Source: Thermodesulfobacteriota bacterium (GTDB lineage Bacteria; Desulfobacterota; Desulfobulbia; Desulfobulbales; SURF-16). From it: DNA of 40,095 nucleotides. Shown piece by piece: positions 37,213 through 40,095 of the stretch. The number at the start of each line of letters is the position of its first letter. Position 1 is the first letter of the stretch. The DNA lies in assembly GCA_040755455.1 (NCBI GenBank), contig JBFMAY010000009.1:56959-97053 (forward strand). Reading direction: 5' to 3'. The notes beneath the pieces are model-generated. The model ran no database searches and was not told the origin of the DNA. It saw only the letters and a program-made list of their open reading frames with translations. Both the position numbers and the translations under genes were made by a program.

Positions 37213-37653
37213 ATGGAACTAAAAAAGGAAAAAAAGATTGTCTATGAAAAACATAAGGACATAGCTCGTATTGATCAGGAGTCCAAGCGGACCCATGGTT
37301 GGTATGTGCGTGTTCGGTATTATGGCAAAACCCATTCAAAGTTTTTTTCTGATGGCAAGTGCGGCGGAAGATATTCAAGTCTTCTTGCGGCCCTTGCCTG
37401 GAGAGATGAGATTGAGTCTCGCATTGGCAAACTCCGGACAAACAAGCATATTGTTACGGTAAGCAACACAACAACAGGTGTTGTTGGCGTTCGACTGAAT
37501 GACAAATTGCACCGTTATGAAGTCAGCTGGGTGAATGGTACCGGCAAGCAAGGGAAAACATCGGTATCCATCAAAAAGCACGGAAAGGAAAAAGCTTTTA
37601 AGCGTGCCTGTGAAATCCGTAAGCAAAAAGAAGCCGAGAGACTTTCCATATAA
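37213..37653 (+). CDS. Stand-alone tandem AP2-like DNA-binding domain protein (146 aa)
   Basis: AGAGGT SD and ATG 37213. Two AP2-like units: HGWYVRV...SKFFS....G...LLAALAWRD and TTGVVGV......YEVSW.......SVSIKKHG.EKAF..A...R. Confidence 0.72.
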   Translation: MELKKEKKIVYEKHKDIARIDQESKRTHGWYVRVRYYGKTHSKFFSDGKCGGRYSSLLAALAWRDEIESRIGKLRTNKHIVTVSNTTTGVVGVRLNDKLHRYEVSWVNGTGKQGKTSVSIKKHGKEKAFKRACEIRKQKEAERLSI

Positions 37654-37656
37654 TTT

Positions 37657-38307
37657 TCATATGTGCTGTAAGATGTCTAGTGGTTGCTCAAGAAGAGCTT
37701 GAGCTCCACTGGCTCTCAGTTCGGAAGCGGTACGGAACCCCCAAAGAGCTCCTAAGGCAAAGATGCCTGCGTGCCTGGCTGTCTCCATGTCGGTTTTGGT
37801 GTCTCCTAGGTAGAGAAACTGATCGCTGGAGAGATTAAGTGCTTTAACTATATGCAACGCACCGGTTGGGTCGGGTTTTTTGGGGATTTCTTTTTTGGCT
37901 CCTGCCACCATATCGAAGGAGTAGGAGGGAAAAAAGGCGGAAACGGTGAGTTGCGTCAAGGCGTCCGGCTTGTTGGATAGCACGTTAAGGCTGATGTGTC
38001 GTTCCGTCAGCGAATTCAACATGTCGTCTATCCCTTTATAAGGATATGTTTTGTCCCGCCAGTGTGCCCCATATTCGCGTTGCATTTCTTCAACGCACCT
38101 TTTCACCATTTCCTTGTCTTGTTGGGTCTCAGGCAAAACACGGCTGGCAAGTTTTTCGATTCCATCGCCAACAAAATATTTGTAAGCATCGATCGGGTGG
38201 GTGGGAAAACCCATCCGCATGAGCACATTGTTCATTGAGTCTGCCAAGTCCTCAAGGGTATTCAGCAGGGTACCGTCCAAGTCAAAAATTATTGCCTTAA
38301 CTGTCAT
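37657..38307 (-). CDS. HAD-superfamily hydrolase (phosphoglycolate phosphatase-like)
   Basis: IFDLDGTLLNT, LSNK, KKPDP, YLGDT..D and WGFR. Confidence 0.9.
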   Translation of the reverse strand: MTVKAIIFDLDGTLLNTLEDLADSMNNVLMRMGFPTHPIDAYKYFVGDGIEKLASRVLPETQQDKEMVKRCVEEMQREYGAHWRDKTYPYKGIDDMLNSLTERHISLNVLSNKPDALTQLTVSAFFPSYSFDMVAGAKKEIPKKPDPTGALHIVKALNLSSDQFLYLGDTKTDMETARHAGIFALGALWGFRTASELRASGAQALLEQPLDILQHI

Positions 38308-38752
38308 CTGATTTTTTAGCAGGTATTTTTTTTGTTGAGCTGGAGGTTTCTGTTTGTTAGCCGGTAACGGGATGCGTGCAGGACAATACTCTGTTGCGAT
38401 GATTCATCATCCTGCGCTGGCACATCAACCGAGCCTGGCTGTTAATTCGGATATCTATCCAAGGTGTAGGGATGTCCTCAGCTCCCTCCTTCAGTATATA
38501 AGGACATGTTCCTCCTGATTTCCTGGCACTGAACATGATTATGTTACAGGCGGTGTCCTCGGTTGGATTCGCAGAAGCTGACATATCTGTGAGTTACTTA
38601 AGCCTGGTAAGCATGCAGTTGCTGAATTTGGATTTTTCTGTGGAGAATTTTATCTTGTGAATTTCGGTTGTTTATTGTTGAAACTAGGCGAGAAAAGTCT
38701 CTGAAAACAGCAGTTTTAAATACAGGAAAATGAGGCTCAATTCATTTTACTC

Positions 38753-38781
38753 TTGACTCAGAGCAGTTAACGAACTATCTT
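38753..38781 (+). promoter_or_regulatory. Sigma70-type promoter of ppaC
   Basis: TTGACT-N17-TATCTT about 150 nt upstream of the ppaC ATG. Confidence 0.6.
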
Positions 38782-38931
38782 TTTGCACTACTTAGGTTAA
38801 GTAAGTTCCCCTAAAGAAGCGGTACTTGCTTGCCGAGCCCTGCTTTGGCAGGGTTTAGTAATTAGTTTACCCCAGCATTGGCAAGTTGTATAGGAGAAAT
38901 TCAAAATTGTTTTCTTAAGGAGGTTTGTACC

Positions 38932-39861
38932 ATGTCTATTTGTGTAGTTGGCCACACTAATCCAGATACTGATTCCGTTGCTGCCGCAATATCTTATGCA
39001 AATTTTTTGAAAGCCCAAGGACAGGACGCTGTTGCCTGCATGCAAACCGATGCCAACAGTTTAAACCCTGAAAGCAAAACACTTCTCGCCCGTTTTGGTC
39101 TGACCGCTCCCGAACAGATCAAAGATGCCGAAGGAAAAAAGGTCGCTTTGGTTGACCACAGTGATATCATTCAGGCCCCGGCAAATATCATGAAAGCAGA
39201 GCTGGTTGCCATCGTTGACCACCACAAAATTGGCGATGTCACCACCAACAGCCCCATCTTTTTCTATGCCCAGCCTGTTGGTTGCACCTGTACCGTATTA
39301 AACGAAATGTACAAAACAGCCGGCATCGCAATCCCCAAGAATATTGCCGGCATCATGCTTGCCGCAATTTTGAGCGACACGGTAAACTTCAAGTCCCCCA
39401 CCTGTACCCCTGCCGACAAGGCAGCTTGTGCTGATCTTGCCAAGGTCGCCGGCGTCAGCAACATGGACGAACTGTTCATGGAGATGCTCAAAGCCAAATC
39501 CTCCGTTGATGGCATTCCGGCAAGAGATCTTCTCTTCCGCGATTACAAAGATTTCGACATGAAGGGCAACAAGGTGGGTGTGGGACAGCTCGAGCTCGCC
39601 ACCCTTGATCAGGTTGCCGCAATCCGTGCTGACCTGTACAAAGAAATGGAGAAGGTGAAATCAGAGGGACGTCATTCCGTTCTTCTGATGCTTACCGATG
39701 TTGTCAAGGAAGGAACCGATCTGATGGTTATTTCCGATGATGCTTCCATCATTGAGAAGGCTTTCAACAACAAGCTTGCCGGAAATTCGATGTGGATTAG
39801 TGGCATGATGAGCCGCAAAAAACAAACCATCCCGAATCTGCAGAAAGCTTTCGGTTGCTAA
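38932..39861 (+). CDS. ppaC: Manganese-dependent (family II, DHH) inorganic pyrophosphatase
   Basis: GHTNPDTDS, LVDH, VDHH, ILSDT..FKSPT, DYK.F and MSRKKQ. AAGGAGG SD before ATG 38932. No CBS insert. Confidence 0.95.
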   Translation: MSICVVGHTNPDTDSVAAAISYANFLKAQGQDAVACMQTDANSLNPESKTLLARFGLTAPEQIKDAEGKKVALVDHSDIIQAPANIMKAELVAIVDHHKIGDVTTNSPIFFYAQPVGCTCTVLNEMYKTAGIAIPKNIAGIMLAAILSDTVNFKSPTCTPADKAACADLAKVAGVSNMDELFMEMLKAKSSVDGIPARDLLFRDYKDFDMKGNKVGVGQLELATLDQVAAIRADLYKEMEKVKSEGRHSVLLMLTDVVKEGTDLMVISDDASIIEKAFNNKLAGNSMWISGMMSRKKQTIPNLQKAFGC

Positions 39862-39879
39862 GTTTGGTTATTATTTTAT

Positions 39880-39921
39880 AAAAAAGCCGCGCTTCCTTTA
39901 TGGAAGTGCGGCTTTTTTTTT
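39880..39921. terminator. Bidirectional intrinsic terminator after ppaC
   Basis: AAAAAAGCCGCGCTTCC-TTTAT-GGAAGTGCGGCTTTTTTTTT. Confidence 0.88.
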
Positions 39922-39940
39922 ATTTTATTGTTCTCCCCTG

Positions 39941-40095
39941 TCAATGAACAAGTTTTTTGTCTTGTTCAAAATGAAATGCATCATCATGCTCAGTGCTATG
40001 GCATTGGAGACAGAGGTAGGCATCGGGAGAGTCGTTCAGCTTTTCCTCTTCGGGATTTACCGTATGGGCCATGCCCGGTCCATGACAGGTTTCAC
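39941..40095 (-). CDS. C-terminal fragment of a multiheme c-type cytochrome (c554-like), truncated by the window edge
   Basis: Manual translation gives (C)ETCHGPGMAHTVNPEEEKLNDSPDAYLCLQCHSTEHDDAFHFEQDKKLVH*: one complete CxxCH and one whose first codon is cut by the edge. Not in the ORF track. Confidence 0.85.
   Translation of the reverse strand, partial: ETCHGPGMAHTVNPEEEKLNDSPDAYLCLQCHSTEHDDAFHFEQDKKLVH

Noticed and set aside
38357..38584. 75-aa minus-strand ORF upstream of the HAD gene
   Set aside because: It has no SD, no recognisable motif and atypical composition. The region is better explained as structured non-coding sequence.
38656..38673. TTGTGAA as a Rex operator for ppaC
   Set aside because: Only a half-site is present; the matching TTCACAA arm is absent.
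1..40095. CRISPR arrays, IS elements, prophage genes, rRNA, inteins
   Set aside because: I saw no regularly spaced repeats and no transposase, integrase or phage motifs. There is no rRNA-like sequence, and dnaB has normal length.

Overview
This is a mostly housekeeping chromosomal window, probably from a Desulfobacterota (Desulfobulbales-like) bacterium; the taxon is inferred from gene content. From left to right it holds: three LPS/EPS glycosyltransferases; tRNA-Gln(CUG); amrB and cysS; serA-DUF1844-ispE-tRNA-Gln(UUG)-prs-rplY-pth; carD-rluD-Mut7-C; tRNA-His; a Cys-rich protein; purM; an accessory minus-strand cell-surface module; DUF2905 and dusB; transketolase; the minus-strand run rpsF-rpsR-yybS-rplI-dnaB-leuS-lptE; mazG; a stand-alone tandem AP2-domain gene; a HAD hydrolase; ppaC; and the 3' end of a multiheme cytochrome c. 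The most interesting part is 16.8-25.8 kb. A PilR/PilS-like sigma54 two-component pair is followed by a LapG-like BTLCP protease coupled to a membrane protein with a catalytically degenerate HD-GYP domain (LapD analogue). Next come a Slam/T11SS-like TPR-beta-barrel, a sigma54-driven small secreted Pro-rich protein carrying a LapG-type PAAG motif, and a VPLPA-CTERM protein. I infer a c-di-GMP-controlled surface retention/release system that may use a Slam-like exporter instead of a T1SS or TPS route. Several candidate structured RNAs are also reported. No database searches or folding computations were run.
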